The position numbers and the translations under genes were made by a program. A DNA stretch of 64,000 nt, from the NCBI GenBank assembly GCA_951406725.2, contig OX597814.1:79236001-79300000 (forward strand). Reading direction: 5' to 3'. The number at the start of each line of letters is the position of its first letter. The first letter of the stretch is position 1. Origin of the DNA: Octopus vulgaris (Eukaryota). The notes beneath the pieces were generated by a model. The model was not told the DNA's origin. It searched no databases and saw only the letters and a list, made by a program, of their open reading frames with translations. This document shows, piece by piece, positions 1 through 13,569 of the stretch.

Positions 1-609
1 TTTATACTATGGAAGATGATACAAAACCTGAAAAATTTCTAAATTATTTAACATAAACTCATTGACTGTTATTTTACAGGTTTAAAATTGAAACAAACTT
101 TACTCAGACCAAATTTACTTACATATAAAGTGATAGAATTTTTTTCACAAAATAATAAAGTAAATCATCCTGAGAGAATAATAAAATATGCTTGAAAAAC
201 AATGAAAATGTATCTCATATGATATTGATTTTATTTAAACTCTTAACTTCATAAAAAAACTGTTAAACTTTTGCATAAAATTAGTGTAAAACATTTATGT
301 TCAAACAAATCAGTAATTTTATTTACACTACCAATATCAGTATATTTATATTTTTATGCAAATTTAAGTTTAAAATTTAAAAGTCTTCTGGCTTCCTATA
401 TAAAAATTTTTCTAATCCTCATAAATTTTTTTTGTCTTTCTAAAAAATTCTATTCTCTCTAAGCTCTGTATCAGAAATTTTTGTACCCCTTAAAGATGCT
501 TTCTGCCCCTACTAAAAAATTTTATGCATCTCTTAAAAATTATGTGCTTCTGTAAGCCAACTCTGTAAATTGAAATAGCTACACAGCTAATAAAAAATCA
601 TTATCAGAA

Positions 610-810
610 AAATATGATCATGTAGTATATTGTATTTCATATTGATATCTTGAATAAGATATTAATAAATTCCAAGTAAGTGGGAGAGGGAGTGCGATTT
701 TCGGGATCCAGTAGGCGAAATGAGGGTCTGTTTCTGTTTTTTGCAGCCAGCTGATTCTAAATCTGGTCTTAATTTTTCTTTTGAGTGCTCCATTCATGAG
801 CTTTGAGGCA
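610..810 (-). mobile_element. Possible decayed L1/Tx1-type LINE ORF2 fragment (post-RT region)
   Basis: Minus-strand peptide KTRFRISWLQK...YWIPKIALP...NLLISYSRY loosely resembles the (F/L)xIxWL...W..IP...LL..Y segment after the RT in Tx1/L1 ORF2. Weak similarity only. Confidence 0.3.
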
Positions 811-894
811 AATATGTGCACATGCACATGCGTGATTATAAGCATACACACACAACTTCTATACATACTTTCATTGCATACATGTATGTATTCA

Positions 895-1295
895 TGAGGT
901 TTGGCTGTGTGGTGAGAAGCTTGCATTCAAGCCACATGGTTCTGGGTTCAGTCCCATTGCATGACACCTTTTGCAAATGTCTTCTACTATTGCCTCAGGA
1001 TAACCAAAACCTTGTGAGTGGATTTGGTGGACAGAAACTGAAAGAAGCTTGTCATGTGTGTGTGTATGTGTATCTATGTGTGTGTCTGTGTTTGTCCCCA
1101 TCACCACCACTTAACAACTGATGTTGGTGTGTTTACATCCTTGCCATTTAGCAGTTCTGCAAAAGGGACCGATAGAATAAGTACTAAGCTTTAAAAATAA
1201 GTTCTAGAGTTAATTTGTCCAAAATATAACCTTCAAGGCAGTACCCCAGCATGACCGCAGTCAAATGACTGAAACAAGTAAAACATAAAAGAAAG

Positions 1296-1296
<1 letters not shown>
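895..1296 (+). mobile_element. tRNA-derived SINE family A with internal microsatellite
   Basis: A-box tggctgtgtgg, B-box ggttcagtccc, body ...ttgtgagtggatttggtggacagaaactgaaagaagc-(TG)n-...cagcatgaccgcagtcaaatgactgaaacaagtaaaa. Colinear with the 8920 and 30027 copies. Confidence 0.9.

Positions 1297-1351
<55 letters not shown>
1297..1351. repeat. (CA)n microsatellite
   Basis: Seen directly. Confidence 0.98.
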
Positions 1352-1354
<3 letters not shown>

Positions 1355-2225
1355 GTAATAAGGATTTACAGACATACAATTAGGGATACACGCACACATA
1401 TTTATAAAGATAAAACAGATACTCGCATACGTGTGTTTGTGAGTGCGCGTGCGCGCGCGAATGTGTGTGTGTTTGTGTGGGTGTGTGAGGGGGATATGGC
1501 TAAATAGATTAATGGATAATTAATAATACAGATATGTTCTGTGTTGAGTGTCCGTATGTTTTCGTTCTCGTCACAAATCCCAGTCATCTATGTCTCTTGT
1601 ATCGTATATTAATGTCAATTTCACAGCTTGCTTATCTTTGCTGATTCTTTGTAGTGGAAAAAGAGATTGCTAGGTGTCAATAAGTCAAGTAGCACATTTG
1701 AACAACAAGATAGTAGGTCATGTCCTCCCTTTCGCTGAATGGATAATTACTCTCTGAAAATACACACGCCTGTTTAATCAGAATAAATATACGTGCGTGT
1801 GCGCGCACGCCTATACGTATGTGTATGAATGAGAGAGAGAGAGAGAGAGAGTGAGGAGAGAGAACGCGCGTTTGCGTGTGTAAATTTTTTTCACGTTATG
1901 CATTTGCTTCATTTAATTCACGAAGCAATCAGGTCTGGCTGGCAAAATCGTGAGTCGAATCCATAAGAAATTAAACTGTCAGCCAAAGGATGGCTGGACG
2001 GTTCGTTTAACAGTGCTTATCCAAAACGTCAAGGATTTGCGCAACTAACTCACTGATATAAACAATCACAGAACTGTCGTATATAGAGTGAGATATCTCA
2101 CCTGTCCGTGATTCTGAGGTGTTAAAACACCCAGCGCTTTGAGAGTGTATATACTCCGCCACGCTATTGCAGCCACCGGAAAATACACAAAGCATATACA
2201 TTAAGTATATATAGTTAATAATATT

Positions 2226-2999
2226 GGATCTTTTCTGTTTGACTGCAGCTGTGAAAATTTCAAATTTTGTTGAAAATTTTAAAATTTGGTGTATTAATGT
2301 AGTTTTACAAGCTGAATTTCAGGAGTTATTTCACTTAAAATTAAAAAAAAAGTTTAGAGGTTTAAAATTTGATAATTTTCACCCAGTCAGAAAACAGGAT
2401 TTTGGAAGCTGTCATTTTGTGCGTGACGTGTTTTAATACGAAACTGTAAATAAATTAACTTCTGCTTTACACATGACATATAGCCTCGTAACTTTTTTAT
2501 ATTTTGGAATTTTCAGAAAATTTTTGCGAATTTGTATTCCACACTTGGGAATTCATGCGTTAATACAAAAACAAAAAAGAAAAAGGAAATTGGGGGTAGG
2601 GGTGCGTAATTTAAGGCTTATTTGGCTGTTATTTTTAACACATCTCTCGACTAGGGTACAAGCAGCAGATGGGCACAAGCAATAGAATACAGGGTCGATG
2701 CACATGCTTTCGCGTATAATACATTTGTTAACACGTGCTATCATGCAGACAAAAGAGTTCTTGTTTGGCTTGTTACTATGGAAACAGACTTGAATGTTTC
2801 CGTGGCTTATGATTGGCTAAAATTACCCAAAATTTGCAAACTTAAAAGCTCATAACTCTTTATCTATTGATTTATGGCGAAAATGAATTTCACGGCATTA
2901 ATTAGCTACATCATAAAACTACATCATGACACCGAATATGAAATGAATTCGAACAGAAATTGAAGAGATTGAAAACTGGCACCCAAACAGAAAATATCC
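2226..2999. mobile_element. Non-autonomous TIR element (MITE), probably Merlin-type
   Basis: TIRs ggatcttttctgtttg and caaacagaaaatatcc (15/16 match). Perfect 8-bp TSD ataatatt at 2218-2225 and 3000-3007. GG...CC termini with an 8-bp TSD fit Merlin. Confidence 0.8.
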
Positions 3000-3036
3000 A
3001 TAATATTTATTATATTAGAGATGTTTTTATTTCATT

Positions 3037-3250
3037 TGTGTGTGTGTGTGTGTGTGTCCTCAATCACCGCTTGACAACGAGTGTCGGTTAATTTACATCG
3101 CCGTAACTTAGCAGTTCGGCAATAGTAAACGATAGAGCAAGTAACATACTTACAAATAAAGCACTAGGGAGGATTTGTTCGAGTAGACTCTTCAGGGTGG
3201 TGCTCCAGCATGGCCGCAGTCTAATGACTGATTCAAGTAAAAGATAAACG
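3037..3250 (+). mobile_element. SINE family A, 3' half
   Basis: (TG)n then ...cttagcagttcggcaa...ggtgctccagcatggccgcagtctaatgactgattcaagtaaaaga, as in other family A copies. Confidence 0.85.
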
Positions 3251-3429
3251 ATAAATCGCTCAGTATCAGCTTCAAAAAATAGAAAGAGCACATTGGATAA
3301 TCCTGGATGCATGATGCCTATAAACAAGTAAGTAGTATGAGATGGTCCAGGCTGGCATGCCTTTGATCTTATGTATGATCAGTTAATGCTGACCTAGGGT
3401 TTGATAACTAGTAATTTTTCATGCATTTT

Positions 3430-3750
3430 CTTTTATTCTTTCACATGTTTCAGTCATTTGACTGCTGCCAAGCTGGAGCACCGCCTTAAATGGTTTTTTT
3501 AGTTGACGAAATCGATCTCAGGACTTATTCTTTGTAAGCCTAGTACTTATTCTATCGGTCTCTTTTGCCGAACCGCTAAATTATAGGGACATAAACACAC
3601 CACCAGGGACAAACACTGATGCAAAGATACGCGCACATAAATATAGTAGGCTATAGTAGAAGACACTTGTTCAAGGTGGCACGCAGTGGGGCCAAATCCA
3701 GAATCATGTGGTTAGGAAACAAGCTTCTTACACACAGCTACGCCTGCGCG
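3430..3750 (-). mobile_element. SINE family A (internally deleted)
   Basis: Reverse complement of the family A tail (tttcagtcatttgactgc...) and head (...ttacacacagctacgcctgcg). Confidence 0.85.
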
Positions 3751-3809
3751 TATTTGGAAATTTACTTTTCATATTAATATTCAGTCGGGACCCACATATG
3801 TAATTATCT

Positions 3810-4272
3810 TTCTAATTTTAGTACATGGCTAACAATTTTTTAAGGAAGAAAGCAATTTAAATATACGCCTGGTACTTTAGTTTATCTATCCCGAATGGAT
3901 GAAAGACAAAGTCGATCTCGGTGGCATTTGAACTCATAACGTGAAGCCAGAAGAAGTACTGCTGAACATTTTGTCCGGCTCGCTGCCTTAGCCACACGTA
4001 AGTGACATTAGTTTCAAATTTTGGCATGGAGGGATCGTAGTCAATCATGGCCTGGATCTCACCAATAAATTCAAGAGTTCTTTTCTTAGCAGAACGATCA
4101 GAATGATATTTATTTTATCGACACCGAAAGGATGAAAGTATTTATTTTATCGACACCGAAAGGATGAAAGGCAAAGTTGATCCCAGTGGCATTTGAACTC
4201 CGAACGTAAAACGAGGAGAAATGCCACTGTGCTAATACGGCGTGCTAACCATTTTGCCGGCTCGCCGCTTTT
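3810..4272 (-). mobile_element. Two adjacent SINE family B copies; second has a 32-bp tandem duplication
   Basis: Core gtcgactttgcctttcatcctttcggggtcgataaaataagtacc (Meta/Sauria-like central domain) on the minus strand. tatttattttatcgacaccgaaaggatgaaag is duplicated at 4107-4138 and 4139-4170. Confidence 0.8.
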
Positions 4273-4489
4273 GCATCACATAAGTAATATAGTGAGTTGA
4301 AAAGAAGTTCGATTAATTAAGTTTAGGCTGAAGTGCCTGGCTTAATTATACGCCTTAAAGTCTATGAGGAGCAGGTGGACAGGAGGATAACAGTAAAATT
4401 TTTTATCAATTCCCCCAATTTCAAACAATTTGTGTAAGTATATATGCATATATATATATCACAAGCATAGCCAAGAATGTGTGCGTGTG

Positions 4490-4602
4490 CAGGAGGATGC
4501 CGGCTTGGCAAAGTAGTTAAGTAGTTCGTTTCACAGTCATGAGGCTTCATGTTCAAGTCCATTACGTGCCATCTTGTAGAGGTGACTTTAACCATAGTCT
4601 CG
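4490..4602 (+). mobile_element. SINE family A head, truncated by Merlin element
   Basis: Diverged A/B boxes (gtagttaagtag...gttcaagtcc). Similarity stops at ccatagtctcg, where the Merlin end begins. Confidence 0.6.
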
Positions 4603-5314
4603 AGGGTGTTACTTTAGCGTGCGGTCTACCACAGTATCCTGTCTACGCTGTGAAATTGCTTTTAGCGTGCGGACTACCTTTGCTTACCCTCTTAATCTGA
4701 GTTAATTTTAACCATTACAGTGCTGTTAAGGATTTCTATAGACGTATAAATTTTACAGAGGAAACAGCAGTTGCATTTTTACAAGAAAACAATCTTCTGA
4801 ATACATCACAAGAAGCAGACCCTTGTCATCGATATGGTAGCGTCATGCAAGAAAAACGAAAACGTGAGACAGAAATGGAGAATACAGACGTATATTTCGC
4901 TGTCCTCGAAAAGCGTGTTAAACTTCGCGTTCTTTTCGAAAAGGTAACCATTTTTTCATTATACGGACATCAACAAGTTGCACTACAATTCGAGTTTGTG
5001 CTAACTTTCAGAGCTGGTGTTCTTTATCGTAATGGAGATACCCATGAATAAAGCTGTGACTCTAACAGGAAAGTCTTCCCGTACGGTAAATGACTGGTAT
5101 AATATGTGCAAAGAGGTGTGTGGAACCATCGTTTCTCATCATCAACGGGGTAAAATGGTTGGAACAAACAACAACCCCATTGAAATTGACGAGGCAAGAT
5201 TTACTGGTCAACGGAAATACAATTGTGGGAGACTGCTAAATGGCGACAATGCCCCTCTTGCTCAAGAAAATTACGTAGATGCACAAAATAACAGGAACCA
5301 TGGACGTACATGCA
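4603..5314 (+). mobile_element. Merlin (IS1595/ISXO2-like) DNA transposon, 5' part, decayed transposase
   Basis: Peptides AVAFLQENNLL...PCHRYGSVM and DWYNMCKEVC...MVGTNNNPIEIDEARFTGQRKYNCGR match the Merlin DWxxxCREVC and VEIDE...RKYNRGR motifs. GG-starting end with repeated tttagcgtgcgg(t/a)ctacc. Confidence 0.85.
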
Positions 5315-5316
5315 TA

Positions 5317-6723
<1,407 letters not shown>

Positions 6724-6984
6724 AACAAGGGCAAAAGAAAAAATGATTTCTATGCCAATATTTTCTAAGAATAGACTTTGAATCGTCAATCACCACATTA
6801 CAGTATACATTCGCCATGAATACACGTCGTGCTGGGATCGAGGAAGGCAAGCTAACAGAATTTAAAAAAAAATTCGTTATCTCTATATTGAATCAATTTC
6901 GGGATTAATCCCACGGATTTTTCCCTCTTCAGTAGAGAATACGATAAAAAATAAATGAAATACTTACAAGCACCCATGGAGAAA

Positions 6985-7057
6985 AGCAGAAGCAAGAGTC
7001 ATGCGTACACATAAGTACCCCAGTTACTTATGTGTACGCATGACTCTTGCTTCTGCT
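6985..7057. repeat. Perfect 33-bp inverted repeat with 7-nt loop
   Basis: agcagaagcaagagtcatgcgtacacataagta, loop ccccagt, then its exact reverse complement. Confidence 0.97.
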
Positions 7058-7262
7058 CAATTAAAGGTTACAAACCTCATTCAGGGATAGCAAAATCCTA
7101 TGAAAGTACTGGCTAGTTACCTCTACGAAGAATATTGAACATTAAATTTAATACTTAACTGCATGGTAACTATACAAACCGTGAATTACTTTATTGGTTA
7201 ATTTCGTTAGCCAAGTTTGACTCCGACGATGTGCTTAAAAAGTACTCGTCTGGATTTTTAAT

Positions 7263-7823
<561 letters not shown>

Positions 7824-8589
7824 TACGGTAAAATTGTCGGGGCGAGTGGAAACTCCAACATTTCGTGGTCCTCCACCCACACACACACATTTCGTCACAT
7901 AATGAGAGGACATATTATAATTTACAGGATCGTCTATATTCGCCCATCTTTATATTTTTTTCCTGTTACTTGTGTTTAAAAAGTGTCTCTTCATTATAAG
8001 AAACTCTGTTTATGCGCGCGTGTGCAAGTGTGCATGTGTGTGTATTTGTGTGTATGAGTGCGTGTATATACTTGAATATCAGTTTGAAATTATAGTATGA
8101 AATTAATGTCATATTTACTAAGTTTAAATGCACACTACCGGATTCCACATACCTTCCTTCTATTAAGTACCCATTGAGCACTTTATAATGTTTTCACACG
8201 TAGACGCATAAAACCCCACACCTTCTTTACACATAAGAGTGCGTGTGTGCGTGCACGAACACACAACTATACGCATGTATGTATGTATGTCTAGGTATAT
8301 ATGTATGTATGATTGTATTTGAGTGTGCGTAAAATGTATGTATGTATACGTACTTCCTTCTTTGCGTATAGGAACAGAAACCAGTCTACTGGCAAACGCA
8401 GAATTGACATTTGAATGCATTTATTGAAGCATTTATGAACGTAGAATATTCATGAAGACTTTTTCACTTCTCTGTGACATTTCTCTCCAATTTCTGGGAG
8501 TAAATTGGTAATCACCAGAAGTTTCGCTTGTAGGTTTACTATACTACATAGCTAAATTATAATTGCAAACTTGAAATTGTACTTGTAGC

Positions 8590-8800
8590 TGTTTTTTATT
8601 GTTTAACCCATATGAATCCCAGTTGAGCAGATTCATGTTCAACGTCATTATGGCAACGGTCACCCTATCTGTTTTCTGTCTACTGGAAAGTCAAGATCAC
8701 ATTATCTAACGCAACGTTAAAAAGAAACGGTAGGGCGTGATTTAAAGATTTGGCTGCTATTTTTCGCAGATCAAACAATTATTTAAAAGCTCCCTCATTT
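8590..8800 (+). repeat. Old unclassified dispersed repeat C
   Basis: Motif chain cacattatctaa...aaacggtagggcgtgatttaaagatttggctgctattt recurs in both orientations near 3290, 15800, 16412, 17180, 21010, 21220, 21955, 40530, 59800, 62660 and 63780. Confidence 0.7.
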
Positions 8801-8919
8801 ACTCTTAACTCTTTGCTTGTCCAAAGCATTTTTGCAAGTCTGTCCTAAACGTCCATGCTTCTCTTCAGACCTTTAGTTTGCCTTTGTTTCATACGTTTTG
8901 AGTAATGTAAAGATTCCTT

Positions 8920-9039
8920 TTGTAGCTGTGTGGTAAGAAACTTGCCTCCCAGCCACATGGTTCCGGGTTTTACTGTAGCCTCGGGCCGACCAAATCTTTG
9001 TGAGAAGATTTAGTAGACAGAAAGTGAAAGAATCCCGTC

Positions 9040-9132
<93 letters not shown>

Positions 9133-9335
9133 TGTATGTATGTGTTGTGTGTGTGTCTTTGTGTCTGTGCTTGTCCCTCCCCGTAACCAAGCGGTTCAGC
9201 AAAAGAGATTGATAGAATAAGTACCAGGCTATTAAAAATATAGGTACTGAGATCGATACATTCGACTAAAATTTCTACAAGGTAGTGCCCCAGCATAGCC
9301 GCAGTCTAATGACTGAAACGAGTAAAAGATAAAAA
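8920..9335 (+). mobile_element. SINE family A with long internal (TA)n
   Basis: gtagctgtgtggtaagaa...ccacatggttccgggtt head and family A tail. Confidence 0.88.
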
Positions 9336-9396
9336 ATTAATCTCATGTTACTCAGGTGGTTAAGAAAGAAACTTAGGAATGTGTATGGTATATGAT

Positions 9397-9915
9397 GAGT
9401 TCTCCAAGATATGTTTTAGATTGCTCTTAACATCCAGGGTGTAGTTCCATCTAGCTTGAATTCCAATTTTTGGCAAGCGTCCGGACTGATGCTCCATATA
9501 AAAGGACTGACTCTGCTGTTGCACGGAATAATTCCTTTTAAAGTTGTCTGACTGTTGATTTCCAGACAGCATCCAGTTTGTTTAGGGTCGATCACGCTTT
9601 GGCTGTCCGAGTTTTTACATCCTTTTCAGCTGTGTGGAAATCTGTCTGTTTCCATTATTAGAAGGAAAAGGCGCTTGTATTTTGTGGGACTTAGCTGGCG
9701 AACGAAACAAGAGCTGGCAAATGATCTGCTGCTACGGATGCCATAGCATGGCCATACGTGAGCAGGTCGTCCGAACACGACGTATATAGACCAATTCACC
9801 AGAGACACTGGATGCATCCCCGAAGATCTCCCTCAACAAATGCAGGGCCAAGTTGGATGGTGGGTGCGGGTCGTAAAAGGTCACCACAACCTCGACCAGA
9901 TGGTGATGATCATCA
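9397..9915 (+). mobile_element. RTE-X-like LINE 3' fragment with inverted 5' segment
   Basis: Plus strand from 9627: QLCGNL...RRKRRLYFVGLSWRTKQELANDLLL...GRPNTTYIDQFTRDTG, then a tgatgat tail. Minus strand 9630-9397: EKDVKTRTAKA*STLNKLDAVWKS...LFRATAESVLLYGAS...KLDGT..MLRAI*NISWRTH. Candidate TSD tatatgat at 9389-9396 and 9916-9923. Confidence 0.85.
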
Positions 9916-9991
9916 TATATGATACATGGAGGCCAAGGAAATGTGTTCCGAGTATTACATGTAATGAGTTAAAAGTGAAATATTTGTGGTC

Positions 9992-10027
<36 letters not shown>

Positions 10028-10324
10028 GCGGTGGAGACGGTGGTGGTGTTGGTCGTTGAAGTATCGTTGTCCGTATTTTGCCTTGGAGCAATGGATAGCA
10101 AAGATGTGTAGAGCACCAAATTAAATGCATTTTTGTATATTTAGATTTTAGTTCAAAATCATGCCCGAGATGACATTTTAAGAAAGGAAGAGAGGGCAAT
10201 GGAATAATTATACTAACCAAGTGTATGTACAAAGTGGGGTTGAGTGACCAACTCAATCGATCCCTGAAATATGTGCCATTGTGCCAATGTTAGAAACCCT
10301 TACCCATACTCCCATGGTCTAAGG

Positions 10325-10551
10325 TAGTGTTTCCCAACCAGTCTTTACCAATAAACCCTTTTTTTATTCCTATTTTACTCGGATGGACCCTCATAGCCAT
10401 TCGAAATTTTAAAAACTCATATTTTTATAATGAAATATTAGGAATTCTATTGTGTATTGTAGAATTATAACCAATTTATTGCAAATAAATTTTAACGAAA
10501 TCTTATTTGGACCCCCACCAGGGGCCATATGGACCCGGTTGAGAACTATTG
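10325..10551. mobile_element. hAT (Charlie-like) MITE
   Basis: Ends tagtgtttcccaacc and ggttgagaactattg. Perfect 8-bp TSD gtctaagg at 10317-10324 and 10552-10559. Confidence 0.85.
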
Positions 10552-10786
10552 GTCTAAGGAATACCACAATCAAGGCAGTCATTCTTTCAAAATAAACAAA
10601 CAAATAAACTAATTAAAATGAACTGTCATTTATGTTGTTATATTATTTTGTTTGATTTACTTTTATTTACCGTTATACACTCCCGACTCTGTCACTGATC
10701 GTCGTCTGAGTTTTAATCTTCATTTTATTTTCAACTATGAAATTGGTGGTCATAGGAAAATGTCAAAGTTGTTCAGACAGAATATA

Positions 10787-10794
<8 letters not shown>

Positions 10795-10822
<28 letters not shown>

Positions 10823-10880
10823 TGTATGTATGTATGTATGTATGTATGTATGTATGTATGTATGTATGTATGTATGTATA
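10795..10880. repeat. (TATG)n microsatellite
   Basis: Seen directly. Confidence 0.97.
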
Positions 10881-11077
10881 TATAACAAGTTTTTTAAAAA
10901 AATCTAATAATTATAATTTGTTTATTTATATATTTTTTGTTAATAGTGTACTATTTGAAAAATAGCTTTAGATATTTACTTTAAATATTTACTCGTTTAC
11001 AAATAGATAAAAGAATTATCTCGTTCAATTCGGTTTTATGTGTTACACTAAGAGAAGTAGATAAGAGATTGAGAGAA

Positions 11078-11111
<34 letters not shown>

Positions 11112-11199
11112 GGAAAGAGAGAGAGAGAGGGAGAGAGAGGAGCGATGGAGAGAGAGTGGTGCAATATATATTCGAGTGATTGCAGGCCACAATTATAAT

Positions 11200-12350
11200 G
11201 CACTTACATGTAGCAGAGAATATATGCCTTTCTCACAGTTGTATTTGGACCAACTTTGCTTAGTGGAGTATTTTCAAGTTATTAGGATTGAAGTTCATTA
11301 ACTTCTGTTATCCTATTGATGGTTACACCGGGCTGCTGAAGTATATATGTCTTCTCACGGACACTGAATTAAAGGTTACAAACTCCAGATGAGTAAGTCG
11401 ACAGTTTCGAACTCCTCCGTCGATGATGCTCTATGTGATGCTAAAGAAGTCGTTACCTTAATCTCAGTGTCTCCAAACGAAGTAGTTAAAAAAAGTGGAT
11501 ATTTTCATGTCTTCACACCCGAAGAATTGCATGTGCAGCGTAGATCTTTCTTTGAAAACATGGTTATCATGTCTTGTGATGCCATCGGATGGTGTGTGGT
11601 GGCACTATAGACTACAGACTTTGAGAAGCAGGATCTTCCTACTGAACAGTTGGTAAGATTCCGGAAGTTATAGCCTGGAGTGAAGACTGAACATTAATTT
11701 ATTTCTTTTGTAGCGAGCAAATGACAGAAGCGATATTATCTAAACGCAAGTAGATAACTTTGACGTTGGGGGTAATTAAAGAGTTTACGGCACCTATAAG
11801 TTCTTAAGAAATGCTGTCCAGTTAGCGCCAGAGAGCTCCTAGCTATGTTAACGGTAACATGTAGATCTTACTAACTCTCCTCAGACTTGAAGGTGGGATC
11901 CTCCATATACATAATTTATTAGCGAGTCCTTTCCTTTCTTCATTATAATGAGGTGTAGCACTTTTGAGGATCCTTCTGTTTGTCGATAGAATGGAAATTC
12001 TTCTGGTACGACCAAATGTTTATTGTCGTGAGGGTAGTAGAATTTCTTAAGCTGCAGAGAACTGCATATAAGTGTTTAAGCTTTTATTTAATATCAGAAA
12101 TCTATCAACTGGGAACACAGTTTCGGAGAACTGGAGCAACTAATTTTTGCATACTATAAGTGTAATAATAAATATTCGTCTGAAAGGAGTCGACAAAATA
12201 CAACAGTGATTAGAATATCCGGGTTCGAATCTGCTGGAATGTATTAAGACTGAAAATGTAGGTTATGATACTGAATCTCGCTGTTCTCCATGCGCGTAAA
12301 GATATATAAGTGTTTAACACTTTGTCTAATATCCATGGTCAACGGCCCCA
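11200..12350 (-). mobile_element. Penelope-like element remnant (Naiad-like linker and GIY-YIG endonuclease), highly decayed
   Basis: Minus strand reads NVKVIYLRLDNIASVI, GYNFRNLTNCSVGRSCFSKSVVYSAT, VFKERSTLHMQFF, KISTFFNYFVWR, SSGVCNL..REK. These match the PLE consensus TVKVSYSCM.NI, CNCR...CP..G.CL...VVY.AT, FK.RY..H..SF, ST.LS.YVW, C.LC..EK. Confidence 0.75.
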
Positions 12351-12352
12351 CC

Positions 12353-12420
12353 CATGTATGTATGTATGTATGTATGTATGTATGTATGTATGTATGTATG
12401 TATGTATGTATGTATGTATG
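12353..12420. repeat. (ATGT)n tract 5' of RTE
   Basis: Seen directly. Confidence 0.97.
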
Positions 12421-13458
12421 GAAGTTGCAACTAAATTTATTTATTTAGGAAGTACTTTGAGTACTACTGGTCTTGATGATGAAATTTCGTATAGAATTAG
12501 CAAAGCTAGCAATGCTTTCGGTAGGCTTGACAAGCGTCTCTGGTCACGCCATAGTATATCTTTCCAAACTAAAGTTAGGGTGTACAGTACATGTGTTCTG
12601 TCATCGTTGCTCTATGGAAGTGAGACATGTGTCGTTTATGGTAGGCATTTAAAAAATTTGGGACGATATCATCAATATTGTCTTGGGAAAATTCTTGTGA
12701 TAACTTGGAAAATGGTGACCAGTGAAGTGAAGATACTTGAGAGAAGTGGTAGTAGGAGTGTAGAGGCGATGATTCTGCAAAGTCGTTTGAGGTGGTCACC
12801 CGGTGAGAATGAATGATGAAAGACTTCATAAGCAACTTTTGTATGGTGAGCTGGAAGATGGTAGGAGACCAGCACATAAACCCAAAATGTGGTTCAAGGA
12901 CTGCCTCAGAATTGCTCTGACACAGACAGGAGTTTCAGTTGTTGAGTAGAAGAGAGATGCATAAGACTGAAATGAATGGAAGAAGAGAGTGTACAGTGGT
13001 TGTTCGAAGTTTGAAAGAAAGAGAATGATGCACGAGAAGATCAAGAGAAGGCTTAGAAAGAATGAACCTGTGGAAAATGAGGGAGCGTTGCTTTTTATGT
13101 GTGGGATTTGTGGGAGGAAATTCTTGAGTCGTGCAGACTTGATCAGCCATCAGGAAACTCACAGGAATCAACCCCTTATAAATTGTGATACACATATTGT
13201 TCACAACAGAACACATGCAACCTGTGGAAAGGTGTGCCTTTCAGTTAGAGGATTGAAAAGACATGTCGTCAAAAAACTTCACACTGTGGTACCTGTTTCC
13301 TCTGCCAGCCAGCACAGCTGTGCATCATGCAATAGAATGTGCAAATCTTTGGTCGGGCAGAAGAGTAATATAAGGGCTTCACATTGCATCATCAATGATT
13401 CATTTCAATGATTCTTTCAAGCAATGGCTTTGCTCGTATACGAGAAAGCATCTACTAT
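12421..13458 (+). mobile_element. RTE-BovB-like LINE, 5'-truncated (end of RT, C-terminal zinc fingers, 3' hairpin)
   Basis: KFIYLGSTLS...DDEISYRISKASNAFGRL...KVRVYSTCVLSSLLYGSET...SRLRW, then LYGELEDGRRPAHKPKMWFKDCL. C2H2-like motifs at 13095-13385. 3' stem-loop gctttgctcgtatacgagaaagc, then an (ATGT)n tail. Confidence 0.92.
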
Positions 13459-13539
13459 GTATGTATGTATGTATGTATGTATGTATGTATGTATGTATGT
13501 ATGTATGTATGTATGTATGTATGTATGTATGTATGTATG
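13456..13539. repeat. (ATGT)n tail of RTE
   Basis: Seen directly. Confidence 0.97.
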
Positions 13540-13569
13540 ATCTCTTTTTTGTAATTTAGAGTAAATTTT

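Noticed and set aside
12989-13411. Host C2H2 zinc-finger gene (family expanded in octopus)
   Set aside because: Continuous with the RTE ORF, followed by the RTE 3' hairpin and tail, and lacks TGEKP linkers.
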